Source: Candidatus Parcubacteria bacterium
GTDB taxonomy: Bacteria; Patescibacteriota; Minisyncoccia; Phycocordibacterales; JAKAEA01
Direction of reading: 5' to 3'
DNA length: 64,000 nucleotides
Assembly (NCBI GenBank): GCA_963806325.1
Contig: CAWDXL010000002.1
Coordinates: 250 to 64,249, forward strand
A model generated the notes under the pieces. It searched no databases and was not told where the DNA came from. It was given only the letters and a program-made list of their open reading frames with translations. This document shows, piece after piece, positions 15,011 through 25,822 of the stretch (positions are counted from its first letter, which is position 1; every line of letters starts with the position of its first letter). The translations under genes and the position numbers were made by a program.

Positions 15011-18000
15011 ATGGCACATACCGAAGAAAAAACCGTGGGTGCGGCAGCAGCAGCTTCTGCTCCATCGGGAACGCCGAGAACAAAGAAGTATTTCGGCAAG
15101 TTTAAAAAACCGCTCACGGAAATGCCAAATATGGTCGAGGCTCAGGTGGCTTCGTTCCAGAGCCTCGTTGAAACAGGTCTCTCGGAAGTTTTTAAGGAGT
15201 TTTCCTCCATCAAAGACTATTCAGGAAAGAAATTTGAATTGGATTTTACCGGTTTCAAGCTCGGACTCCCGCAGTACGATGAATTTTATGCAAAAGACAA
15301 CAAGCTTTCCTATGAAGCTCCTTTAAAGGTGACTGTCCGTCTCAAGAATAAGACGATTGGCGGCACAAAAGAACAGGAAATTTTCATGGCGGATTTTCCA
15401 CTCATGACTCCGCACGGAACATTTATTATTGCCGGCATTGAGCGTGTCATTGTGCCTCAGCTTGCCCGATCGTTCGGGGTCTTTTTCACTTCAAACGAGC
15501 TCAAAGGCAAGACATATTTTGGCGCAAAGATTATTCCGTCCCGCGGCGCATGGATCGAAATTGAATCTGAAGTAGACGGCTCACTCTATGTACGTATTGA
15601 TCGAAAGCGAAAGTTTCCGGTCACTTCTCTTTTAAGAATTTTAGGTGCTGAGACTAATGAAGCTATCCATGCGCTGTTTACCGGCAACCCTGATGCAAAA
15701 GCTTCAATTGATAATGCGCTCGCCAAGGATCATGCCAAGACTACAGGTGAATCATTTATTGAAATCCACAAGCGTCTTCGTGATGGTGATTTGGCTACGG
15801 AGGAAAATGCCCGTGAATTTGTCAAAACTATCTTTAATGAAGAGCGCTACGACGTATCACGCGTTGGGCGCTTCCGTTTCAATAAGCGCTTCGGGAAATC
15901 AATGGAGGAAGCTGAGCTTGATCGTCGCACCATCAATCTTGACGATCTCGTAACCATTGTCAGCCATATCATTAGCCTCAACAATACACCTGATGCCCAT
16001 GAAGATGATATTGATCATCTTGGATCGCGCCGAGTACGCTACGTTGGAGAGCTCCTCCAGCAGAAAATCCGCGTCGGGCTGTCTCAAATGAAGAGAAATA
16101 TCCAAGACAGAATGTCCACAATAGAATCTGATGTGACAATGCCGGTACAATTTATTTCTCCAAAGCCCCTCCAGGCTCGCATCAAGGAATTCTTTACAAC
16201 CAACCAGCTGTCACAATTTATGCAGCAGGAAAATATTCTTACTGAGCTCGAACATTTGAGAACGCTTTCTGCACTCGGTCCCGGAGGCCTCGATCGCATG
16301 CGTGCCGGCTTTGAAGTGCGCGACGTGCATCCTTCCCACTATGGCCGCCTTTGCCCGATTCATACTCCTGAAGGCCCGAACATTGGTCTTATTTTGCGTC
16401 TCTGTACCTATGCCCGCTTGAATGAATTCGGTATGATCGAAACGCCATATGCAAAAGTCAAGAATGGTAAAATCACAAGTGAAATCCAGTATCTCAACGC
16501 TCTTGAAGAAGAATCGTACAACATTGCTCACGCCGCTACGCTCTATGATGCCGAGGGCAGAATTATAGATGACAGTGTCGAAGTACGGTACAACGGTGAT
16601 CCTCGCGTCGTTTCGAAAAACGATGTGCACTACATTGATGTTTCAACCAATCAGGCTTTTTCAGTAGCCACTTCTATGATTCCGTTTTTAAACCACGATG
16701 ATGCCGCACGAGCGCTCATGGGTTCAAACATGCAAAAGCAGGCCACACCCTGCATTCTTCCCGAAGCGCCGCTTGTGGCGACTGGTATCGAAGAAAGTGC
16801 TGCCCGCGACACTGGGCGCCTTATTCTTGCTGAAGAAACGGGTGTTGTTTCTGAAGTAGATGCAAAACATATCACCGTTAAATATTCAAAAGGCAAGGAC
16901 AAGGAAAAAACATATAGACTTGTCAATTATTCCCGAACCAACGGCTTTACCTCCTTTCATCAGCGTCCTGTCGTAAATCTTGGCGATAAAGTAGAAAAGG
17001 GAACCCTTCTTGCTGACACATCGTCTTCTGACGGCGGACAGATGGCACTTGGTCAGAATATGCTTATTGCATTTATGAGCTGGTCAGGCTCCAATTACGA
17101 AGACGCTATTATTCTTTCTGAAAATCTCGTCAAAGAAAGCAAATTCACCTCTATTCACATCGAAGAATTTGTGGTGAATGTCCGCGACACGAAGCTTGGG
17201 CCTGAAGTTACCACCCACGATATTCCAAATGTCGGCGAAGCAAAGCTTAAGAATCTCGACGAAGAAGGCGTTATCAGAATCGGTGCCGAGGTCCGCCCGG
17301 GTGATATCTTGGTTGGGAAAATTACTCCGAAAGGAGAAACACAGCTTACTCCTGAAGAGAGACTCCTTCGATCGCTGTTTGGAGAAAAAGCTCGCGACGT
17401 CAAAGATACGTCAAAGCGTCTTGAAAATGGCAAGCGCGGCCGCGTCATCACTGTCAAAGTATTTTCACGCGAGAAAGGCGACAAACTGGAATCCGGAATT
17501 ATAAAGCGCATCCACATTGAAATTGCCCAGCTTCGAAATGTGTCCGTTGGCGACAAACTTGCAGGACGCCACGGCAACAAAGGTGTTATTTCAAAAATTC
17601 TTCCTGTCGAAGATATGCCATATATGGAAGATGGTCGTCCTGTCGACATGATCTTGACGCTGCTCGGCGTGCCAAGCCGTATGAACCTTGGACAGATTCT
17701 CGAATTGCACCTCGGATTGGCTGCACATACGCTCAATTATCAGGCCATTGTTCCTCCATTTGCCGGTGCTACCGATTCTGAGATCAAAGAAGAGCTCGCA
17801 AGGGCGGGTTTCAAAACAAACGGCAAAATGCAGCTCTTTGATGGCCGCACCGGCGAAGCGTTCAAACAGGAAATTGCTGTTGGCTATATGTACATCTTGA
17901 AGCTTCACCACATGGTGGAAGATAAGATTCACATGCGCTCAATCGGACCTTACTCCCTTATCACACAGCAGCCGCTCGGAGGAAAGGCTCAGCAGGGAGG

Positions 18001-18268
18001 TCAGCGTTTTGGAGAAATGGAGGTCTGGGCGCTTCTTGGCCATGGTGCTGCCTACAACTTGCGCGAAGTGTTGACGATCAAATCAGACGACATTCAGGGA
18101 CGCTCAGCAGCATTTGATTCTATTGTGAAAGGCAACGATATTAGTACGCCGAACATTCCGGCATCATTCAACGTCCTTATTTCCAACCTTAAAGGTTTGG
18201 CACTCGATGTTGAACTTAACAGACAAAAACTTCCTCCTGTCGAAGAGGAAGATGATAGTAACGCATAA
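15011..18268 (+). CDS. rpoB: DNA-directed RNA polymerase beta subunit
   Basis: 1085-aa ORF with conserved beta-subunit blocks throughout, e.g. GRHGNKGVISKI and MHMRSIGPYSLITQQPLGGKAQQGGQRFGEMEVWAL. Confidence 0.97.
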   Translation: MAHTEEKTVGAAAAASAPSGTPRTKKYFGKFKKPLTEMPNMVEAQVASFQSLVETGLSEVFKEFSSIKDYSGKKFELDFTGFKLGLPQYDEFYAKDNKLSYEAPLKVTVRLKNKTIGGTKEQEIFMADFPLMTPHGTFIIAGIERVIVPQLARSFGVFFTSNELKGKTYFGAKIIPSRGAWIEIESEVDGSLYVRIDRKRKFPVTSLLRILGAETNEAIHALFTGNPDAKASIDNALAKDHAKTTGESFIEIHKRLRDGDLATEENAREFVKTIFNEERYDVSRVGRFRFNKRFGKSMEEAELDRRTINLDDLVTIVSHIISLNNTPDAHEDDIDHLGSRRVRYVGELLQQKIRVGLSQMKRNIQDRMSTIESDVTMPVQFISPKPLQARIKEFFTTNQLSQFMQQENILTELEHLRTLSALGPGGLDRMRAGFEVRDVHPSHYGRLCPIHTPEGPNIGLILRLCTYARLNEFGMIETPYAKVKNGKITSEIQYLNALEEESYNIAHAATLYDAEGRIIDDSVEVRYNGDPRVVSKNDVHYIDVSTNQAFSVATSMIPFLNHDDAARALMGSNMQKQATPCILPEAPLVATGIEESAARDTGRLILAEETGVVSEVDAKHITVKYSKGKDKEKTYRLVNYSRTNGFTSFHQRPVVNLGDKVEKGTLLADTSSSDGGQMALGQNMLIAFMSWSGSNYEDAIILSENLVKESKFTSIHIEEFVVNVRDTKLGPEVTTHDIPNVGEAKLKNLDEEGVIRIGAEVRPGDILVGKITPKGETQLTPEERLLRSLFGEKARDVKDTSKRLENGKRGRVITVKVFSREKGDKLESGIIKRIHIEIAQLRNVSVGDKLAGRHGNKGVISKILPVEDMPYMEDGRPVDMILTLLGVPSRMNLGQILELHLGLAAHTLNYQAIVPPFAGATDSEIKEELARAGFKTNGKMQLFDGRTGEAFKQEIAVGYMYILKLHHMVEDKIHMRSIGPYSLITQQPLGGKAQQGGQRFGEMEVWALLGHGAAYNLREVLTIKSDDIQGRSAAFDSIVKGNDISTPNIPASFNVLISNLKGLALDVELNRQKLPPVEEEDDSNA

Positions 18269-18344
18269 TTAACACCCCACCCCATCCTCCCCCTTATCAA
18301 GGGGAGGGTGCCCGAGTCTTCGAGGGCAGGAGGGGTGATTAATC
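18267..18344. repeat. GC-rich palindromic element, copy 5 (full-length, rpoB-rpoC spacer)
   Basis: Inverted termini TTAACACCCC (18269-18278) / GGGGTGATTAA (18332-18342), hairpin TCCTCCCC-cttatcaa-GGGGAGGG, and internal box CCCGAGTCTTCGAGGG. Confidence 0.75.
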
Positions 18345-18362
18345 AAAAAAAATTCAACTATC

Positions 18363-21300
18363 ATGCAAAAATCAAAACCAATAAATAATTCAGATTTCGA
18401 CAATATCGTTCTCAAAGTCGCCTCTCCGGAGCGAATTAAAGAGTGGTCATTCGGCGAGGTCACAAAGCCTGAAACGATTAATTACAGGACTCAGCGATCG
18501 GAAAAAAGCGGTCTCTTCGATGAAAAAATATTCGGACCGGACAAGGATTATGAATGTTACTGCGGAAAGTACCGCGGCATCCGCTATAAAGGAATCGTCT
18601 GTGAAAAATGTGGCGTTGAAATTACCCGTTCTATTGTCCGCCGCGAGCGTATGGGTCACATCGATCTTGCGACACCGGTTTCTCATATCTGGTTTCTCCG
18701 CTCGATGCCATCGCGTATCGGCATTGTCCTTGGCCTCAATACTCAAGATCTTGAAAAGGTGATTTATTTTGCTGGCTATATTGTGACACATGTTTCTGAA
18801 GATGAGCGGTCTCGCATCATGAAGGATCTCGATTCCGAATTTAAGTCCAAGATGAAGAATCTTCAGGATGACAAATCAAAAGAGGCCCTCAAAGAGACAT
18901 ACATGCAGGCCAAGAAAGATATCGAATTGGTTCAAGAAGGCCAGGTGCTCGATGAAGTTCAGTATCACAATTACAGCTTGAAATACGGTACGCTTTTCGA
19001 GGCCGGCATAGGAGCAGAAGCAATCTATAATATTTTTAAGAGTCTTGATATTAAGAAGCTTGTCACGAAGCTCGAAGCACAGCTTGAAAAAGCAGGTGCT
19101 GCCGACACCGAAAAAATCCAAAAGAGGCTTTCAGTGCTTCATTCAATGCTTTCATCCGGGATTCGTCCAGAATGGATGTTTCTCACTCGTATTCCTGTCA
19201 TTCCGCCGGGCATTCGCCCGATGGTACCGCTTGATGGTGGTCGCTATGCCACATCCGATGTTAATGATCTCTATCGCCGTGTCATCAACAGAAATAATCG
19301 TCTTAAGAAACTTAAGGAAATTCATGCTCCCGATGTTATTTTGAGAAATGAAAAAAGAATTTTGCAGGAAGCTGTTGATTCGTTGATCGACAATTCTATT
19401 CGCCATGGCTATTCATCTCAGTCGGCTGTCAACCAGTCTCAGCGACGCGCGCTCAAATCTCTTTCCGACAACTTGAAAGGCAAGCGCGGACTCTTCAGAG
19501 CAAATCTTCTCGGTAAGCGTGTTGACTACTCAGGCCGCTCAGTTATTGTGGTCGGTCCTAATCTCTCGCTGAACCAGTGCGGTTTGCCAAAATTTATGGC
19601 GCTCGAACTTTTCCGTCCGTTTGTTATTTCCGAACTTCTTTCCCGTGAGAACTCGCGTACAATATTCGCGGTGCCGGTCGTCTCATTGACGACGGTATTC
19701 CTGAAGTCTGGGCAATCCTCGAAGATGTCATCAAAGATAAGTATGTTCTTTTGAACCGCGCACCTACGCTGCACCGCCTCGGTATTCAGGCATTCAAGCC
19801 TATTCTTATTGAAGGCAACGCTATCCAGGTACATCCGCTCGTTTGTACGGCTTTCAATGCCGACTTCGATGGTGATCAAATGGCCGTGCACGTTCCGCTT
19901 TCAAAAGAAGCACAGCTCGAAGCAAAGGAAATCATGGCTTCGGATAAAAATATCTTGAAGCCGGGAAACGGCGAGCCAACGCTTTCAAATAAAATGCTCG
20001 ACATTGTCCTCGGCTGCTACTGGGTGACAAAAATCGTTGCGGGAGAAAAAGGCGAGGGTAAAATGTTTGGCGATGGCAACAGTGCCATTACCGCGCAGGA
20101 TTTTGGCGAGCTCAGTCTCCGTGCAAAAATAAAAGTGCTTCCTGAGGATACAAAAAAATATGCAGAATTTGACGGAAAACCGTTTGAAACATCCGTTGGC
20201 CGCATTCTTTTCAATAATGTCCTTCCGGCCGACTATCCATTCATCAATTCTGAAATCAACCGCAAGAAAATCGGTGCCATCGTCAACGATATGATTGACC
20301 GTTACGGCATTGACAAAGTTCCGGGAATTTTGGACAAGGTTAAGGAATTTGGTTTCAGGTATGCCACAATCTCAGGTGTCACGTGGGGTATTGATGATGT
20401 TGTTATTCCAGCCGGTAAAGGCGCAGTTATCACTGAATCGCGTGCGAAAGCGGAAGGAGTCATCGGCCAGTTTAATGACGGTTTGCTTTCTGAAGATGAG
20501 CGCATTCGAAAAATTATCGAAATTTGGCAGGATGCAAAAAGTCAGATTGAAAAGCTTATTCCAGACAGTCTTGATAAGAATGGTCCTGTGTTTGACATGG
20601 TTACGTCTGGCGCTCGAGGTTCTCTCGCTCAAATCGTTCAGATGGCAGGGATGAAAGGTCTCATTACGAATACTGCCGGCAATACCATTGAATTTCCAAT
20701 TCTCTCGTGTTCGAAAGAAGGTCTCACACCGATTGAATACTTTATTACCACTCACGGATCCCGCAAAGGTCTTACCGACACAGCACTCAACACCGCAAAA
20801 GCAGGATACCTTACTCGTAAACTTTTCGTAGTTGCCCAGGACACAATGATTGCCGAAGAAGATTGCGGTACGAAAAAAGGCGTATGGATCAAGCGCGACA
20901 GCGGCAACGGTCTTGAAATTCCAATCTCAAAAATTATCAAAGGCCGTGTTGTTGCCGAAGATATTCTTGATAAAGAGGGCAAAGTGCTCTTCAAGCGCGG
21001 TCATGCTCTTACAAAGGATGAAGCGCTTGTGGTGGAAGGACATGGCATTGAGCAGGCATATATGCGTTCACCAATGGTCTGTGAGACCGTGGGAGGCATC
21101 TGCGCCCAGTGTTACGGCTTCGATCTCGGAAGCAACAAGCTTGTGGAGCTCGGCGAAGCAGTGGGTACCGTAGCTGGTCAGGCTATCGGTGAACCAGGCA
21201 CGCAGCTTACGATGCGTACGTTCCACACGGGAGGTACGGCTCAAGTTGGAGGTGATATTACTCAGGGTCTTCCTCGTGTTGAAGAAGTCTTTGAAAAGCG

Positions 21301-22048
21301 TATGCCAAAAAATCCGGCTGTCGTGTCGCATGCTGATGGTACGGTCACCGAAATTCAGGATACGGGCAAGGAAAAAATTATTATTCTTGCAGTCGCAGGT
21401 CCTGAAAAAACTAAAACAAAATCTAAAAAGAAATCGGACAATGAATACAAAGTAAGCTACAACCGCCTCGTGCTTGTTAAGGTTGGCGACGATGTAAAGA
21501 AAGGTGATATTCTCACCGATGGTTCGGCAGATATCGAGGAACTCTTTACGTATGGCGGCCGCGAGCGTGCTCAGGATTATATTATCAGTGAAGTTTCAAA
21601 ACTTTACGAATTGCAGGGTGAATCAGTGTCGCGAAAGCATATTGAAGTGATTGTTCGACAGATGTTCTCACGTCGCGTTATTACCGAAGCGGGCGATACT
21701 ATATTCTCAACCGGCGATATGGTTGAAAATTACCAATTCTTGCGCGAGAATAAGCGCGTTGAAGCACTCGGCAAACTCGAAGCGAAAGCTGAAGCTGTCG
21801 TCATGGGTATTACCGAAGTATCGCTTTCACGAAAGAGCTTCCTCTCAGCGGCTTCTTTCCAGCACACCACCCGTATCCTTATCAATGCCGCTATCCGCGG
21901 AGTTGAAGACAATCTCACCGGTCTCATGGAAAATGTTATTCTCGGACGTCTCATTCCAGCCGGTACAGGTTTCAGGGGTAGTCCTAAGCAGAAGATGATC
22001 GAAGCGATGCAGAGGAAAACGGAAAGGGTTGTACGGACTGAAGAGTAG
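18363..22048 (+). CDS. rpoC: DNA-directed RNA polymerase beta-prime subunit, reading frame broken once near 19649
   Basis: ORFs 18363-19754 and 19751-22048 are two halves of one gene. Shifting back one nucleotide at cgt-gag|gaa-ctc (19644-19654) restores ...[67 protein letters not shown] is present downstream. Confidence 0.93.
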
Positions 22049-22069
22049 TACTTATTGCTCTACCAAAAT

Positions 22070-22149
22070 TTGTCATTCCCGCGAAGGCGGGAATCCAGAA
22101 AAGGTTTATACTATAATAACCTGGTTCTCCGCCTGCGCGGAGATGACAG
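22070..22149. mobile_element. MITE-like element, family 2 copy B (rpoC-dnaG spacer)
   Basis: Left arm is TTGTCATTCCCGCGAAGGCGGGAATCCAG. Right arm reverse complement is CTGTCATCTCCGCGCAGGCGGAGAACCAG. AT-rich core aaaaggtttatactataataac. Confidence 0.6.
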
Positions 22150-22158
22150 AAAACACTC

Positions 22159-23904
22159 ATGTCCTCCCACGTCGAACAAATTAAGGAAAAACTGAGTATT
22201 GTCGATGTTGTCAGTTCGTATGTAGAGCTTGAAAAAGCGGGCGCAAATTATAAGATAAAGTGCCCGTTTCACAACGAAAAAACTGCCTCATGTTTCATTT
22301 CTCCTGCGCGCAATAGCTACTACTGTTTTGGTTGCGGGGCAAAAGGCGATATTTTCACATTCACTCAGGAATTCGAAGGCCTCGATTTTGTCGGGGCCCT
22401 TCGGGTACTCGCAAAACGTGCGGGTGTTGAAATTACGCGCGAAAACCCGACGCTTCGCACCGAGCGTGAACGACTTTTTCTTGTTCTTGAACATGCTACT
22501 CTTTTTTATCAGCGGCAGCTCGGTACACATATTGCCGTGCGTGAATATCTGAAAAAAAGGGGATTACAAGGAGAAACGGCTCATGCCTGGCGCTTGGGAT
22601 ATGCTCCAAATGAATGGAAAGCCCTTCTCTTATATCTTACCTCAAAAGGAGTGCGTCCGGAGGATGCTGAGAAAGTTGGGCTTGTTAAAAAGTCTGAAAA
22701 AGTGAAAGGTGACTATTACGACAGGTTCCGAGGCAGGGTTATGTTTCCCATATTCGACGCTTCCGGCCGGGTGGTAGCGTTTTCCGGACGGCAGTTTGAG
22801 TCCGACGGGACGGAAGCAAAATATATTAATAGTCCGGAAACGCCGCTATTTGAAAAGTCTAAAATTTTGTATGGATTCGACAAGGCAAAGCTTGAAATAA
22901 GAAAGCAGGATTCTGCAATCCTGGTAGAGGGTCAGATGGATCTGCTGATGTGTCATCAGGCAGGATTTTCAAATACTGTTGCATCTTCAGGCACTGCTCT
23001 TACCAATGAACAGCTCGAGATAATCAGACGCCTGTCCCGAAATCTTATTATTGCGTATGATGCCGATGAAGCGGGGCAGCATGCAGCTCTTCGGGGATTT
23101 GAGCTTGCACTCGCGCTTGGTATGGATATTAAAATTGTGACCATCCGCTCTGGAAAAGATCCTGCCGATTTGATTCTTGAGAATCCTGCATTATTCAAGA
23201 CAGCAGTACAATCTGCACGGCACATCATTGATGTGGAGCTTGAGAGAATAATAAAGAATAATAGCGAAGACAGGCGTGCACTCGGGCTTGTTGTAGAACG
23301 TGAACTTCTGCCGTATGTAGCACTCATTGAAAGTCCTATTGAGAAATCACATTTTATTTCGAAAATAGCCCATGAGGCTGAGCTCAAGGAAGAGGCAGTG
23401 TGGCAATCGGTAAGAAAGATTCTCGATAAAAGTCTTAATACCCGACAGAGTGATGTTCCACATGTATCTCTACAGAGTTCACACGCAGTGACCAAGCGGC
23501 AACAAACGTCCCCGGCGCGGGCGCTTTTTGCTGTCATATATTGGCAGGAAAAGGAAAAGAAGCCGCACGAAGGGCTCGACATACGCGCCGATATGTGCAA
23601 TATTATGGGCACAGGAGCGTTTGACGACCTTGAGAAAAACATTGCTTTATCACGCGATGAGCTCGTGTTTGAAGCCGAAATTCTTGTGGGAGAGGGTGAA
23701 CACTTGCCTGAACTTGTGTCTGAACTTCTCACACGGCTTAAGGAAGAGTATCTCCGACAGGAATTGTCGAGTCTCATGTTTGAATTGGGCCGGGAAGAGA
23801 AAAATAAAAACAGCGACAGCGCGGCAAAAATTCTCAAGCGTTGTCAAGAAATATCTCTCGAACTTCGAATGCTTACCCGTGAAAAGCAGAAGCGGCATTT
23901 TTGA
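22159..23904 (+). CDS. dnaG: DNA primase
   Basis: CHC2 zinc finger CPFHNEKTASCFISPARNSYYCFGCGAKGD and a TOPRIM region (LVEGQMDLL). Confidence 0.93.
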   Translation: MSSHVEQIKEKLSIVDVVSSYVELEKAGANYKIKCPFHNEKTASCFISPARNSYYCFGCGAKGDIFTFTQEFEGLDFVGALRVLAKRAGVEITRENPTLRTERERLFLVLEHATLFYQRQLGTHIAVREYLKKRGLQGETAHAWRLGYAPNEWKALLLYLTSKGVRPEDAEKVGLVKKSEKVKGDYYDRFRGRVMFPIFDASGRVVAFSGRQFESDGTEAKYINSPETPLFEKSKILYGFDKAKLEIRKQDSAILVEGQMDLLMCHQAGFSNTVASSGTALTNEQLEIIRRLSRNLIIAYDADEAGQHAALRGFELALALGMDIKIVTIRSGKDPADLILENPALFKTAVQSARHIIDVELERIIKNNSEDRRALGLVVERELLPYVALIESPIEKSHFISKIAHEAELKEEAVWQSVRKILDKSLNTRQSDVPHVSLQSSHAVTKRQQTSPARALFAVIYWQEKEKKPHEGLDIRADMCNIMGTGAFDDLEKNIALSRDELVFEAEILVGEGEHLPELVSELLTRLKEEYLRQELSSLMFELGREEKNKNSDSAAKILKRCQEISLELRMLTREKQKRHF

Positions 23905-23964
23905 AAGATGCTGCGGTGGGCGTGTCAGCAGGTTAATTTAGCCAGGGAACAACTATAAGAAATT

Positions 23965-25182
23965 ATGGATACAAAGAATAAAAAATCGGCCTCCCGCAAG
24001 GTGCCCGCAAAAAAAACCAAGAAAGCTGCGCCGAAGAGAAATTCGAGCGCTGTTGGGCGTGCACTGCAAAAAACAGATACTCGAAAGTCTGCATCAAAAG
24101 TTTCTCGTCGCGAAGAAATGGAAGCGAAAGCATCACGCCTTGTTCTTAAGGGTAAAGAGCGAGGTTTTGTTACCTACGACGAAATTCTCAAGGAATTTCC
24201 GGCCGTCGAAGAAGATATTATTTTTCTGGAGGAGTTGTATGAAAAATTTTCAGCAGCCGGCATTGATGTGCTTGAGGGCGGAGGGCTTCTTGATATTGGT
24301 ACTGATGAGCTTACGCCAAAAAAATCGTACTATAGCTCAGGCGACTCATCCTACGATTCCATCCAGATTTATCTAAAAGAGATTGGACGATATCCGCTCT
24401 TGACTGCCGCTCAGGAAAAGGAACTTGCACAGAGGATCGAGAAAGGTGATCCCGAAGGCAAGAACCTTCTGATGCGGGCCAACCTACGTCTCGTTGTTTC
24501 TATCGCAAAAAAATATGTCGGCCGCAGTCCTGATTTGACGCTCCTCGATCTTATTCAAGAGGGAAATCTTGGCCTTTATAAAGCTGTTGATAAATTTGAT
24601 TGGACGAAAGGCTACAAGTTTTCGACATATGCCACGTGGTGGATCCGCCAGGCTATTACCCGCGCGCTTGCCGATCAATCGCGCACAATCCGCGTGCCGG
24701 TGCATATGGTGGAAACTATCGCAAAATATAAGCAGGTAGTAAGAAGGCTTGCTCAAGATTTGGGCCGTGATCCATTGCCTGAAGAAATTGCCACGGAAAT
24801 GGGTATGGAAGTCGAAAAAATTTATAATATTGAAAAAATAGACCAGAGTACCGTCTCATTGCAAAGCCCGGTAGGGGATGAGGGCGGCGACAAAGAGTCC
24901 GAGCTTCAGGATTTTATTGCTGATGATAAAATACTTTCCCCGGATTTAGAATCCTCGCGGAGAATTGTGTCAGACCAGGTCAAGGAAATTCTCGATGATC
25001 TTCCCGAAAAAGAACGGAAAATTCTTGAGCTTCGCCACGGTCTTATCGACGGCATTCAGCATACGCTTGAAGAGGTGGGTAAAAAATTCGGCGTGACCCG
25101 TGAACGTATCCGCCAGATTGAAGCGAAAGCTCACGAAAAAATTCGCCAACACGAAAAAATCAACAGATTGAGGAATTATTAA
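23965..25182 (+). CDS. rpoD: RNA polymerase primary sigma factor (sigma-70 family)
   Basis: Regions 2-4 present, with [13 protein letters not shown] and a C-terminal HTH ending [17 protein letters not shown]. Sits in dnaG-rpoD synteny. Confidence 0.93.
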   Translation: MDTKNKKSASRKVPAKKTKKAAPKRNSSAVGRALQKTDTRKSASKVSRREEMEAKASRLVLKGKERGFVTYDEILKEFPAVEEDIIFLEELYEKFSAAGIDVLEGGGLLDIGTDELTPKKSYYSSGDSSYDSIQIYLKEIGRYPLLTAAQEKELAQRIEKGDPEGKNLLMRANLRLVVSIAKKYVGRSPDLTLLDLIQEGNLGLYKAVDKFDWTKGYKFSTYATWWIRQAITRALADQSRTIRVPVHMVETIAKYKQVVRRLAQDLGRDPLPEEIATEMGMEVEKIYNIEKIDQSTVSLQSPVGDEGGDKESELQDFIADDKILSPDLESSRRIVSDQVKEILDDLPEKERKILELRHGLIDGIQHTLEEVGKKFGVTRERIRQIEAKAHEKIRQHEKINRLRNY

Positions 25183-25193
25183 TCTAATGTGTG

Positions 25194-25275
25194 TGCCGAG
25201 GAGAGGACTTGAACCTCCATGGATTGCTCCGCTTGCTCCTAAGGCAAGTGCGTCTGCCAATTTCGCCACCTCGGC
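25194..25275 (-). tRNA. tRNA-Leu (anticodon UAG), long variable arm
   Basis: Minus strand GCCGAGG...CTTGC-CTTAGGA-GCAAG...GGTTCAAGTCC...CCTCGGCA. It has a 7-bp acceptor stem, G37 and a 14-nt variable arm. No encoded CCA. Confidence 0.9.
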
Positions 25276-25324
25276 ATGTTTCCCGTAAGCCTGCTGATTT
25301 TAGCAGACTTTATCTTATTTTACT

Positions 25325-25357
25325 AACAAAATAAAAGGAGCCATTGTGCATGGCTCC
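25325..25357 (-). terminator. rho-independent terminator for the 25384-25710 gene
   Basis: GGAGCCAT-gcaca-ATGGCTCC, followed on the minus strand by TTTTATTTTGTT. Confidence 0.65.
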
Positions 25358-25383
25358 TCTTGGCATTCAATGTTTCTCAACGT

Positions 25384-25710
25384 TCAAAAACAAATGTCAG
25401 GAAACAAGCACTTTATCATCCCCTCTGCCAAGGGGATGTTGTGCTTAATGATCGTTCTCAGATAGAGCCCCTCATCTTGAATTGGTTGACCTTTCTCACG
25501 TGCTTGAGCAAGCTTTTGTAGCAAAACCAAAGCTGCCAGATCGCGGTCGGGTTCATGCTGAACAACTGTCCGAAGGTAAAATGGAGTTTTTCCTCTTAAT
25601 TCTTCAACAGCACTTAGGTATAGCGGGCCCCCTGTTTGTAGTTTCCAAAAAGGGTTACTTTCTTTGAATGGCTCCTGTAAGGAATCGTCCGGGTTTTCTG
25701 ATACCTGCAT
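25384..25710 (-). CDS. hypothetical protein (108 aa)
   Basis: ORF with a downstream terminator. No recognisable motif. Visibly GC-richer than its neighbours. Confidence 0.45.
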   Translation of the reverse strand: MQVSENPDDSLQEPFKESNPFWKLQTGGPLYLSAVEELRGKTPFYLRTVVQHEPDRDLAALVLLQKLAQAREKGQPIQDEGLYLRTIIKHNIPLAEGMIKCLFPDICF

Positions 25711-25822
25711 CGATCAGGATCTCCTTGCCTAAAGTTTGAACTTTGGATTGAATAAAGAACAACTGGCAGTAGTATAGCACACATTTACATATATTTCACC
25801 TCTCATGTATACTGGAGGAATA

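Noticed and set aside
19640-19660. Programmed -1 ribosomal frameshift in rpoC
   Set aside because: There is no slippery X-XXY-YYZ heptamer at CGTGAGAAC and no obvious downstream stimulatory structure. A one-base indel or assembly error is the simpler explanation.
22956-23837. 293-aa ORF on the minus strand
   Set aside because: It is antisense to dnaG. Its Ser/Arg/Cys-rich low-complexity translation is typical of a shadow frame.
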